NCBI GenBank assembly: GCA_026914245.1
Contig: CP110440.1
Location: 3,162,001-3,226,000, forward strand
DNA: 64,000 nt
Reading direction: 5' to 3'
Source of the DNA: Puccinia triticina
Lineage: Eukaryota
The position numbers and the translations under genes are program-made. The notes below the pieces were generated by a model. It ran no database searches, was not told where the DNA came from, and saw nothing but the letters and a program-made list of their open reading frames with translations. Of this stretch, positions 13,091 through 25,010 are shown in pieces (position 1 is the stretch's first letter; each line of letters starts with the position of its first letter).

Positions 13091-13559
13091 CAAGGCTGAA
13101 ACGCTGTGCTGCGCTACAAAAAAGTGGTGTTTTAGCGCAGCGCAGAGGGGGACCGCGGCGCAGTCAGCCCAAAAAGCGGTAGCGCAGCGCCAGTCCTCCT
13201 GCGCTACCGCTGAAAATAGCGGGGGCCCGCTTTTTCCCCGACCCAAAAAGCGGTAGCGCAGCGGGCAGGCCGCTCCTTTCAGCGCTGCGCAGCGGCCACC
13301 AAAACAGCTGCGCTTTGGGCTGCGCTGCGCTTTTTTGGCTGGCAGCGGGGGAGCGCTACGCGACCAGCTCAAAAAGCGGTAGCGCAGCAATGGTTCCGCT
13401 GCGCTACCGCTGGAAGTAGCGGGTCCCTGCTTCTTGCCAGACCCAAAAAGCGGTAGCGCAGCGGGCGGAGCCGCTACTTTACGCGCAGCGCAGCGGCCAT
13501 CAAAACCGCTGCGCTTCACGCTGCGCGGCGCTTTTTGAAGCGCAGCGCTTTCACCCTTG
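13091..13559. mobile_element. GC-rich MITE with 7-bp TSD
   Basis: TIR CAAGGCTGAAA / TTTCACCCTTG. TTTCTGA at 13084-13090 and 13560-13566. Internal GCGCAGCG/AAAAAGCGGTAGCGC repeats. Confidence 0.8.
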
Positions 13560-14499
13560 TTTCTGACCAGTTTTTACTTCTAATGGAGCTGTGAAAAGCC
13601 CCTCCAGTGATCTGTCACCCTAATGTACGCGCGTACACAAAGGTGACATTGGCAAAGTGGAAAAAAACTCACATGCATATGCATGGAGACATTGGAAAAC
13701 AAACAAACACAAAAAAAACTCACAAGCTTATATATTTTAAGAAGCCATGATGTCTATCTGAAATCTGGGACCACACACCTCCAAGCTTGACTTGACTCAT
13801 ATTTTCACCCTACTTTTGTCCTTTTTTGGCTCAATTCTAGATGATACCAGCCTTTTTTAGGGAAATATGCCAATTAAGATGGGCCTTTCACATCATTCTA
13901 ACAGGGGTGTACATGTTGTTGATCTGCGGGAGGCCCAACCTGCAATTTGTAACAAACTTACACACGCGCACATGACAGTTACATTAGCAAAGTGAAAACA
14001 ATGACCACCTTCATGCACATATAAGTAACATGAATTGAACCCCAATAATTCATCTCAATTAACAAAAAGTTCAAATTGAATTATGAGTTGATTGTGGTCA
14101 TTGTGTCTTAGTGGTTTCAACTGAGTTCTAGTTGTGTTCCAGTTGACTTCTGCATGACTTCTGGATGGTTTATACATGAATCCAGGATCATTTTCAGATC
14201 ATTTGTGGATCAGTTCCAGAGTTTTTCATCAATTCTTACAATACTTTCATCAAAGGCATCCAGCACAGTTATGGAAAAAGGGTAAAGTATGGCACTCTCT
14301 GGAGAGTGCATCAAAATCTCCCCTGGTGAATCAAGAATATGGAGAAGTCTTTTTCTATGCTGTTGCGCAAATTATGCAGTCAAAAGGGTATGCCCTTAGA
14401 CAGGCTTGACTTTATATCACGTCCAGGTCATGCAAGCGTTGTGATTTTGCGCGTAAGCCTCTCTGGTGAGACTGGGCTGCAGCCCAGACCCGCTCACCC

Positions 14500-14745
14500 T
14501 AACTTAACGCAAGTCCCTCCTTGGGGGAGCGCAGCGACCTCCAAAGGAGGGACTTGTGCCCAATTTCCCATATTTTGGCTTGAGGCTGCTGGCTGCCCAG
14601 ACAATTGTACAAATTTCCTTTCAAACCCATGTATATATCACCTGGTACACCTCTAATTTCCTCACAGCCTCTGGCACCTTTAGAATCACAATTTGTTTCT
14701 ACATATTATCATGTTTTAAAAATAACAGCTACCCCCATCCCTTGG
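14500..14745. repeat. Dispersed repeat with AAGTCCCTCC...GGAGGGACTT hairpin; inverted copy at ~57600-57835
   Basis: CCTCACAGCCTCTGGCACCTTTAGAATCA is the reverse complement of 57659-57687, and both copies share the hairpin. Confidence 0.7.
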
Positions 14746-14939
14746 ATGTAAAAAATCCACCTGAGAGTCTATATCCGGCATGATGTTCCCCGGATAGCCT
14801 GCCCAGCCTAAACACATGAAAATAATATTTGACATACCTCCAGTAGTAATTCTGTATTGGCAAGAGACCTGTCATGCGTAATTCAATACTGAAAAAACGG
14901 TGAGAGTGTGTCCAACCTTACCCTTTGGATGATCAAGGC

Positions 14940-15125
14940 AACCCCTCACAGGAATGGCTGCTGAGCGGCAACTTTGTGACAAATTTAAGTGAAAAAATAT
15001 GTACAAGAAATCTGAGAATCAGGGCTACAATATGGTATAGGAGGCTTCAAATTTTATGCTGAGAGAAATGAGTAAAAGAGATGTAAACACAAAAATCATG
15101 ATTTTCTGTGTAAATGTCTCTCACA
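14940..15125. repeat. Dispersed repeat; inverted copy at ~47045-47230
   Basis: GAGATGTAAACACAAAAATCATGATTTTCTG and flanks match 47061-47091 in reverse complement. Confidence 0.7.
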
Positions 15126-16082
15126 AAGATTGGGACTTTAGTCCTAAGCCTCTCCTTTGGAGATGCTTTGCACCTCCTTGGAGAGGCTTATTTAAGCTTG
15201 CCGCTCACCATGAACCTAACAAGGTCCCTCTTCTGCTGGCGTGTGTCTTGCAAAGCAAGCCTCAGACAGCCCTTGGCAGGAGGGACTTGCATGCTATTGC
15301 CCCTTTTTGGCATGCCAAGAATCTTAGTTTGGCTGGGAAGAATATTCAAACCTCTATAATTCCTTTCCACAACAACATTCTTTGGAATACAATTGCTGAG
15401 GTCAAAGGCTAGCATATACCTGTCCAACCTACATAATTTGAGGCATTTCACAAAACTCCTTCCACTCCAGAAAAAATCCTTGCTAACACTGAAACATTGG
15501 AATTTTCACTGATGGGTCTGTGCCTGTCTGTGCTCACCAACTCAGTTTTAATCATAGTTCTTTCTATACTTACCCATGTGAGATATCATTTGAACTGAAA
15601 AAATACTACTGTTTTCTCCCGCATTTCCTTCTTCCAACAAGCTAATAATTCCACAGAAGGTTACAGGAAATGACCCGTATGCCTGATGTACAGTGGGTCA
15701 TCTAATGTTTTTGGCACTGCATTTTTCATTGCAGAAGCTCAGGAAAAAGACCTGAAGTCATGGAATTGGCCACAGGGGTGGAAAATAAGTTCTCCAAGAA
15801 TGACTATGACAGAAAAAAATGAAAGTGAAAAATATGAAAAGTGTGAAAATTTTCCAATTTTGTGCAAATTTCTCAGAATCTTTACGGATACACTTTGCAC
15901 ACATTAAAAAACTCTTTGCGCACAGTGGGAATCTGTGGCCGCGAAGTTGAGTCCCACTGTGCGCAACCATGCAAAACCCTTTGCAAGCCAAGCAGCTTCT
16001 CCTTGTCCAATACTCACGGCCGCTGATTGAAATCTGCAGTGGCCATTGCCTTCCACCTCATGTATCTTTGAGATGAGAATTC

Positions 16083-18697
16083 TGTCAGGGGCGGTGATGC
16101 CAAGAGTACTTTTACTCCTCTGGCTACACCGGTGACTGTGCACGGTGCGGTGGAGCGCGCAGAAAATGCGCGGTAAAAGTACGAAATAACTGGGATAAGT
16201 TATTTCTAATGAACCCAAAAAAGGGGTTAACCGAGGGGCCAGGAGCGCCTGGGGTGTTTAAGTGCCCTCCGCAGTTCTTACAGGGTCTGCGCACGGGTGC
16301 GCAGAGGTGTTTAAAGGCCTGTGACTTCTGGGGCCCTGTGAACGGGGGTGCTTGTACGTCGAAACGCACCCAGGATAGGGTTTTGGGATAGTATCCCAGC
16401 AGAAAAGGGAAAAAAACACAGACTTACTCTCAGCAAGGGTCTGCGACAAAAAAGACGACTGATTCACAAAACTGAGATCAAGGCAAGGGCAGGCCGGCGG
16501 ACAAGTCAATTAGACTAGGGCGGGACTGACAAGGCAACAATATGGTTATAGGATTCTATGAGGGGCCTTTACTCGCTCAAAGGTCCCTGGTTATATACTC
16601 GAGCTACAACCGGTGGGGTTGTAGCTTTTTAGTGTTCTCTTGTTGGCTTTTCGGCCGGAGGGATAGTGCGTGGGCAGGAGCGTTCGTGAATTCTACTTAT
16701 TCACATTGCTCCTGTCAGACATCTTCGGTGCTGTAGTTCCCTCTTCCTTGATCCGAGGGAGAGTAGTAGTTCACCAAGTCTTCTCTTGACTATTTGTCTA
16801 CGGCCAGGGAAGGATAAGTAGTTTATTTTACTGCTACGCTCCTCCGGCTGTTTCCAATTGATCTTTGTGTTGTCACTCTCCTGGTTCAATAGAACTGGAG
16901 AATGTCTTGTGACCCATTCTCTTACCTTGAGTGTCAGCCTGCGTGATGCCAAGGACAATAATCCTTCTAGCTACACGAGCTGCAAAGTGAAATAATAGAG
17001 TTTTTAAGGACTCTAGGGATGTTATCCAAAGCTTTGGAGAGGTTGTGTGGCGTAAAAAATAGAGAAATAGTAGTTTAATTATATTAATGAAATTAATATA
17101 ATTAAATAAGAGGGGCCTGCAAGCAGGGGTGGTTTAGATCCCTCTAAGGTATCGTGCAAAAGCAGAAGATTTAGGTACCTGTTAGTACTGGGGCCTGCAA
17201 GCAGGGGTGGTTTAGATCCCAGCAAGAATGAAGCGGAGAATCTCAAGAGAAAGGGGTTAAACTTACTAGAATTAAGCCCTTAAAGTCTTGAGGTTCTTCA
17301 GGGGAGAATCTGAGCAGATTCAGACGAAGGAATTGAGCTAAAGTCAGCAACTAAGGATCTTACCAGGCAGGGAACAGGTGTTGAGCACGTGTTGGAAGCG
17401 GGTAATGATAAGAGTAGGTGTAATAGCATGAGGGAGGGTCTTTGGAGCGCACAGAGGGCCCTTTAAATAGTCATGAAAGCCCTCAGGGGGCGCTCAGGGA
17501 GCCATATAGCTGCTGGCCAACTTGTGGGCGTAATTCTGGCTCAATTTGACGGTTGGCCAACTTGTGGGCGTGATTCTAGACCAATTTGGCAACGCTACAG
17601 GAGGATTATTCCTTTTTGGGGCGTGCAAATGGCTGCAAAAGTAATATTTGGCCATATCAGGACTAGTCTAAAACACTTCTAACTAGTAGGGGTTGTTACG
17701 TGTGTCCTATCTTCTAGATTAGGCCACTTATGATGCTCCTGTATCATAATTAGTCTGAAACACATGGTACTTGTTTCAGGCTATTTTACAGGTTACATAA
17801 TGGTAATTACTGTATGGGACATGCAGGCTGTCACGTGTGGCCAACTGTTCTGCTTTGGTCTACATAATGACATCACATGCACCAATTGGTTGGTACTTCT
17901 TATCTTTGTGCGTCAAGAATGTTTTATTTACATCATTACATATGTAATGGAACATTCTAGGCGCTCATGGGACTCAGAAGGTGTCATATCTTCATAGTAT
18001 GGCGTGATTACGGACTTTTTTGAGTGTCTGTGGCGCTTACAAGCATATGTACATGAGCATATAAGCATGAGCGCTACCTTATCCGTGGTAACTGGGTATA
18101 TTTTCATGTGTAATTTACACAGGGAAGGAGTAAGAGTTTAGGGTACGTTGCAGTAAGGTACCCTAGTTTATTTTAGGCGTAGATTAGGAATCTGAAGTAA
18201 TATTCTACAATTTACATATGTAAGAGTACGTAATAATGTCTCTTTCATAGGTAATATTTATACTTTTTATAGTGTTACATATGTAGGAGATTAGTAATAA
18301 TGTCTCTAACATATGTAACAGTTTTTTATTATTTTTCTGTGATATTATGTCACGGTGGCTCTGACATAGTAGCCAGCTGACATTGAGAGTGGGTTCTTAA
18401 CCAATTCATTTTCAGTTCTCCTGCCGTTTCCTTGGGCTGAAGATCTACTATTTACCTCTTGACTCGGTCTAGGGTTTGAGGGAAGCTATATTTGCCTAGT
18501 TTTTATGTACGGCGCTCTGCGCCGCAAGTACTATTCAATAATGAATATCTTTTTTGACCTTGTGCGCGGCGCTCTGCGCCGCTACTATTAGTAAAAGAAT
18601 GTATTTTCTATCTTATCTTTAGCGGCCCTTTGCGCCGCTACTTCATATACTAGAATAGTTAGCCGGGCTCTAACTTATTATAGTAGCTCGGCTGACA
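16083..18697 (-). mobile_element. Solo LTR (Gypsy-related, ~1.16 kb) containing a nested solo LTR
   Basis: TGTCA...TGACA termini. AATTC TSD at 16078-16082 and 18698-18702. The end motif GGTGATGCCAAG...GCTACACC is shared with the element 1 LTR. Confidence 0.85.
16932..18382 (-). mobile_element. Solo LTR (1451 bp) nested in the previous LTR
   Basis: TGTCAGCC...GCTGACA termini. TTGAG TSD at 16927-16931 and 18383-18387. Shares terminal and twin-hairpin motifs with the element 1 LTR. Confidence 0.92.
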
Positions 18698-19891
18698 AAT
18701 TCAAACCCTTTCCGGTACCAACTTGTACAAGGTATGGGACAAAGATGAATAAATTGAGATTGAGACACAAAAGATAATCAGCATCAATGCTGCTTGAAGC
18801 TACATCCGCCACTGACCTGCTCAAATACCACCCAATCAAATCAATCATTATCTCTCTCATTATCCTCAGGTTCTTTGTTGCTAGCTTCTTCCTCGTTCCA
18901 TTTTTTTTCTCCGTTTTTTTGATAATAACTATCTTTATCTTCTTCTTCATTGCTTTCTTTGTTTTGTGCTTGTTTTTCTTCACTTGCTTCCTCCTGAGCT
19001 TTTGGTATGACTATGTTGGAGGAATTATCTGAAAACTTGGGCTTGTACTCATCAGGATCAGGAGATTCAATTTTTTCTTGTGGGGCCAAAAAGGCAAAAG
19101 GGGCTTGGTTCCAAACCTAAACCTCCCAGAGAGACAGGTCAGTGATTGCTTCTCTCTAGTCTATGCATATGCATATGACCCAGGCGGATGAAGAAGCTTT
19201 GAGCTAACTTCTCCGCTCCCATACAGCCACATCAACAGACGCAGAGCCAAATCAGACCACACCACGCAAACTACCAAACAGGTAAGTATTGCGAGCTGGT
19301 TCAGGAGATGAGACGGATTGACAGCTGACTATGGTGAACAATTGCAGCACAATTGATACCGACCATTGCCAAGGCCTAATTGGCTCCAGCCTCAGAGAAA
19401 GGATCACCCAGGCTCCAAAAGGAGGTGAGTCACTTATCTCTGCAGAGCCCCCATAAGATAGCTGCAGGACTGACTTTCCTATGTGTCCAAACACAGACTC
19501 TAGAACAATCAGCCGCCTATCCAAGCGCATTGTTAGTTGTTGAGGCACTGTCCAAATTGACCAAATGTAAGTGCAATAGCTAACTCCAAGAGTTAAGATA
19601 GGTACTGATGTGTTGCACAGTAAACCAGGACTTTCAAGTCTCAGCTTAACTTGCCAACTTCCAACTGCCTTGGAGCAGTCCTCTTTCATCCTCTTACTCT
19701 CTTTTCAATTAAGAGACAGAATTCTACCCGCTCTTAGGTAACCCTATATCCTTTAGAAAAGATTGTATTTTGGCAAATTGTAGTTACAAGTCTAGTGACT
19801 AATTGGAAATAAAGTACTCTTAGTTGTTCCAATTCTTTTATTTTTTTTTTGTCTATTTTCTCATCTGTTGTTTTACTACTCTTCCCAATTG

Positions 19892-20629
19892 CTACAGGTT
19901 TTTATTGAATTCAATGAGTTCAAGCAAATTTAGGATGTAACTAATTTTGATATTGCAAAGTAAAAGGACATACGGTGACAATAAGGAGTGGATTGGCAGG
20001 AAGTGCTCCACTTTCAGATCCAGTGGATGATTCAAGCGCGCTATCACTGTCAGAATCACCTCGCTTGGCCTTCTTCTTTCCCTAATGAACATGAAAAGCT
20101 TGTAAGCTTCCCAATAATCCAAACAAACAGCAACGCAGCTGACCTTTCCTTTGCGTTGATTCTTTCTCTTCTTACCATTAATCTCCTCACTTGTTTCAAC
20201 TGGTTCTTTTCGCGGGCGTCCTTGTGTTTGCTTGGGTTGAAAATTGCCTGGGAGCTTCTCCTTTTGTGGTCGGCCAACCTTTTTCTTTTCCAACTTTGCT
20301 TGAACATGCTCCCATGCCAAGGGATCTCGCTTGGTGGAGTTCGCAGATGACTTGTTTGTTGCACCTTTGGGTCTGCCCTTGTGAGTTTGATCAACTGGAT
20401 CTTCAATTGGAGTTATAACATGTGTTTGATTGAGTAGACTAGTAAATTGAGAGATGTAGTTGGATTTTTCGTGAGCCGGAAGATTTTGAAATCTCTTGTA
20501 TATTTCATGCAAAAAGGTTTGGTCAAGGGATTCTGTCTCTTTGGAGGGAATCTGAGAGAGCGCTGGGATGGGAACATCCTTTAAAGAAATCAAGAATAGA
20601 TTAAGATCATCGTGAGTCTTTACATACAT
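19892..20629 (-). pseudogene. Mutator/MULE-like transposase C-terminal remnant
   Basis: PIEDP...KGRPKG...STKRDPLAWEHV motif typical of the region following MULE/SWIM domains, plus repeated GRP AT-hook-like motifs. No catalytic core in the window. Confidence 0.5.
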
Positions 20630-20648
20630 AAAGAAATCAATTACAGAG

Positions 20649-21579
20649 TGTGAGCCTGAGTCTCTTTAGTGACAGCAGGACACAAGAAAGAAAGGGGGAA
20701 TAATTGGATTTCTTTGGATAAAGAAAATACAATTATGAGAGAGAGAGAGAAAGATAGAGAGAAACTGAGCAGGATTAAGATGAGCAGATATTCAAGGTTA
20801 TTCTAGTGGGAATGCACGTCCACTGGCAATGCTACCTCTTCAGAAGAGTGCTGCCAAGCTGTGCTAGAGAGTGCTACAGCCTCCTCTCACCAAAGAAACG
20901 TGGAGGGTCTCTGGATTAGATAAATTTAATCCAGCCACAATTTTTTAGCTTCCTTCTGGATAGTCAAGGTTCTTAAAGGGAAACCTAAGGGACAGCCCTT
21001 TAATCAAGATAAGGCAAAGGCCAGCATTTATGGAGGGACAGCCCTGTGATCAAGAGAAGGCAAAGGCCAGCAGAAAGAACAGATCAAGCAAGACACAGAG
21101 TTTTACCTCTGAGATAAACAAGGTTCAGTGAAAAAGGTTACTTACTGTCAATATCCTAGGCGCCTGTGACGGTAGGTATACTGGGAGTGTTGTAAACTCT
21201 TTGGTGGTGATCCTGGGGTTATCTGGGGTGTGGTTCTGGTGTGCTGAAGTCTGTAGATCCGCCTCAGGCAAGGGGGATCCTGACTACGAAAATTTTCACA
21301 GTTTGGTTATGTAATTTACATATGTACATGTGGTTTGGCGCGCCTGGTAGCGCTGACACGTCACAACTGCGCAAGCGCGCCACAACTCAATAACTCAGGG
21401 AAGGAGTATAGTTACAATGAATTGATAAGTTGTAACTAAGGTGAAAATTGCATGAGGAAACAGAATATGAAGTCAAAACAAGGTTATCTCTTAAGATGAA
21501 AAAGATATAAAGTAATTTATATGTAACAAAGGTAGAACAGGCAGCTTTTAGGTCAGCTGTGATGACTCTAAGGCTGACA
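20649..21579. mobile_element. Solo LTR (931 bp)
   Basis: TGTGAGCCT...AGGCTGACA termini. CAGAG TSD at 20644-20648 and 21580-21584. Internal duplicated ~39-bp motif at ~20988 and ~21034. Confidence 0.85.
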
Positions 21580-23279
21580 CAGAGATTCTTACCAGTTGCT
21601 TGGGCAGGCTGTCCTTGCAACCCAAGCGTCCTGTCAACCGCATGGATTCAGCAAATGTCCTCCGGACGCCGGTGAAAGCGTCAGGATAACCCAGGTATCC
21701 CAAGAACGGCTGGGTTGAGGACATCATCCTCTCAACGCCAAATCTTCTGTCAAAGGGACTTTGACGTCCCAGAAACCCCAGATCCTGCAACCATCGCGGT
21801 TGATGAGGACTTCAGTGAATACAATCCGCCTAAAATCTGTCCTGTGGCCATCAAGACAACCACAACGTTCCCCCGCGGTCCTAGTGGTTGCCAGGACACG
21901 TGATTCCTGCAACTGTTTGGGCAACGTCCCGACTTCTCTCAATCACTCCTGTGGTGTAGGGGATCCGTGTAACTAAATAAAATTCTGAATACATATTTTT
22001 TTTCTTCTTTTTCTTTGGTTCTGGGGTTGTCCTGTTGTTGACACCGCCCCCGCAGACTAACTTAACTAAGTCCCTCTCTATGTGGAGGGGGGACGCCGTC
22101 CCGCAGGGACCCTCCAAAGGAGGGACTTATGCGCTATGTTGCCCCTCTTGCCTGAGAGCATCAGGAAAATTGATCTTTTTTTTTTCAATCTGCTGTACAG
22201 CTGCCATCGCTTATTGGGTGACTACAAAGTCACCCAACAAAATGAGGGACTTATCCAGGAGAATCTCTGTGTCTCCTTCTTGAACTTGTGAGGGCCTTCA
22301 ATTCTTGGTTAATTGTGTGTTTTCCAATTTTGTTCCTCCAAAGAGACTGAAACAACAAATCCTGTATCAACTGCCACATCTCATGGAACAAAGATTCCGC
22401 ATGAAATACAGCAGTTGAAATTAAAAACAGATAATTGCGTGGACATGACTATATTTTTTTTTGGCAGCAGTTCCCCTATGGAAGTTCCGACCACAAAAAA
22501 AATGTCAAATATCAACGCAACTACCTGTATGAAGGCACAAACGCTGGGGAGACAATAATTTGGCTAGAGCCAATCAATACACCCCAGCAGCCTGGGGAAT
22601 AATCAGTTCTGGGTCGCCTCCTTTTATGCCTTCTCAAAATGCACACAGTTCCCACGTTGGGTACAATGCTGGGCTTATTGTTATTGTTTTGTGCATATCA
22701 CTTTTCCAATTGCTCAATTAGGCTACTTTCAATTCTTTTGTTCTTCATCTAAAAAGCATTAGTTGCCAACTTGGTCCCACTCTCCAATTGCAACACCTAA
22801 ATTGGTCCTACAACATCTGGAATGCTCTGTTCTTCCCTTCGATCTGGATACAACTGCTTTTCCAACCGCTACAATAGTTCACCACATTACTTTATGCGGC
22901 CGTCCTTATGTTGCTTTACCGGCGTGTTAATTCGTGATATCCTCAAGCGCCCACGGACTATTTCTTTTCCCGTTCCTTTGCCTTTTGTTGCTTTTTCATC
23001 CACCCATTGGGATCTTTGTACATTACAGCACAAAAGTTTAGGCTTGATCTCCCCAAGAAACAAGCAACTATGTATTTATTTTCCCGGTCCATTGACTTTC
23101 CCCATAGGGTAAATAGCAAATCTTGGTGCTTTCTATTGTGTATTGCCTGTGCCTGTTGCTGAACCTCACATCCTTTTACATGTATCAAATATCTGTGTGC
23201 AATTATACACATTGGAAGCCCGATTTGCTGATTGCTTTAATTTTGTATTCTACAGAAAGATCCTAATTCAGATCCTTCT

Positions 23280-24358
23280 CCTCAACCATACCTTCTAATC
23301 TTGTTCTTCAAGATCTGAGACGGAGGACAAGATCACTGAGTGAATCGGGTCTTTTCTCTTTGGTTGGGGTAGTTACGACAAGGATCACAGGTTACTTGAA
23401 GCTGAATGCAACAAACCAGGTGAAGTTTCTGGACCGGATCAAGCTTCCGGCCGCTGTAGGAAATACAGGGGTGGATGGGACGGTGACAAATGTCTTGTTG
23501 ACTAAGACTGTTGGGGTCTGGATTGATCTCCCCACCGCAATCATCCAGTTCTTAGTCTCCATCTTCAAGCCTCCTCACTCCACCTCCCCCTCCCTTCACC
23601 ATCCTCAAGACAAAAGCAGCACAGACATTCTGTTGCCCTTGTCCTATTATCACAAAATTTGCCTGACCCAATCAGCTACCTATTCTTCCCAGCCCCTGTT
23701 TTATGGTTGAAGGAGGGCATGCCAGTGGTCTGTATCCGGAATTTGATGATTGGCACAGAGCTGTGTAATGGGACTTGTCTCCTTGCTACTGGGATTCAAC
23801 CACATTTTTTTGAAGTGTCAGCTAATGACGGGCCCAACTGCAGGGCTTGATATTGCTCTGCCCAAAGTTACCATCATCCATGAACTGGATGAGGTGTTTG
23901 GTACAAATTTTTTGCAATATCAGTGCCCGGTGGCTCCGGCTTTTGCAATGACAGTTAACAGAGCTCAGGGTCAAACTCTGAAGCATGTTGGAGTCTACCA
24001 AGGCCAGTGTTTGCACATGGCCAGTTATACATTGCTTTATCAAGGGCAGCAACCATTCAAGGGTTGATGGTAGGCTTAGTTAAATCATGTTCAACAACAA
24101 ATTTTGTTGATTGCACAGTGATTCAAAGTGCAGTTGGGTAGGATCTTTTGGTGCATCATGCTAGCCCTGGCGTGATAGGTGTGGGGGGCGGCTCCCTTAT
24201 GTGGGGTGTTTACTTCTTCTCTTAGGTTGTTTTTCCTGTTCTTGTATCATTGGTTTGTATTGCTTTGCGGTGGAATGTAGCTATATGGGTTGCCTACTAT
24301 TTCAAGCTGAAAAAGGGTGGATTGTACTTCTCCCGCGGCGGAGCCGCAAGTTCCCTAG
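23280..24358 (+). mobile_element. Helitron remnant: degenerate Pif1-like helicase C-terminus plus 3' terminus
   Basis: LKEGMPV..RNL..LCNGT, PAFAMTVNRAQGQTL and (F)AHGQLYIALSR across frameshifts. GCGGC-GGA-GCCGC hairpin followed by CTAG|T at 24355-24359. The 5' boundary is approximate. Confidence 0.85.
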
Positions 24359-25010
24359 TGATTAATCAAAAAGCGTAAAGAACCATTGCTACTTAAATGT
24401 CTATACGCACTCATGGGCTACTGTCATTGAAACAGCATAGTATGTTTTAGCACTGAATACAGTTTGAATGTGTGGAAGTGCCTGGAATTCAAGTGTAATG
24501 CCCAAGAGGAAATAAAAAATCTACACATCAGGATAGTGAAGGCAGCTGATGGGATGGAGACAAAAAAAAAGTAGGTACATGGGGACCGCTTGCGTGGTCC
24601 CAGAATTTGAAATGAAAACTAGAAGGAAAAGCGTCCAGGGACGAATGCGTGAGGTTGATTATGAAAAACTGCCCACCAAAAGCTGAAATGCTCTCAGCCC
24701 ACAGAGTTGACTTAGCACGTAAGTCCCTCCTTCGGAGATCGCTGCGCTTGAAGAGCAAAGATATCAGGATACGGTGGAATGAGATGGAAAACTCCCCCAA
24801 AGGGAATAATATGATTACACCATGAATAGAGTTTATATACAAAAATAGTTATGTACTTGGGTTGATGAGAGAAAACATATAAAACCATAATGAAAATATG
24901 TAATAAAGTATGAAATGATGTAATAGAAATATGTAAAAACGTAGTGATTATATAAGGCCTAAAATGATATGTCACAACACTCCCCCCCTCAACAACCCCA
25001 AAAAACAAAC

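Larger units (their letters stand above)
3468..14412. mobile_element. Outer Tc1/mariner-like non-autonomous element, interrupted by nested insertions
   Basis: Left end TA|CACTCAAACCTGTCTAA(GGGC after removing the inserts) mirrors right end GCCCTTAGACAGGCTTGACTT|TA. There is an internal inverted match between 12740-12779 and 14291-14330, and TA flanks both ends. Confidence 0.6.

Noticed and set aside
13034..13519. ORFs over GC-rich MITEs and foldbacks (also 24964-26870, 31738-32112, 37596-38166)
   Set aside because: Spurious frames arising from low stop-codon density in repeats.
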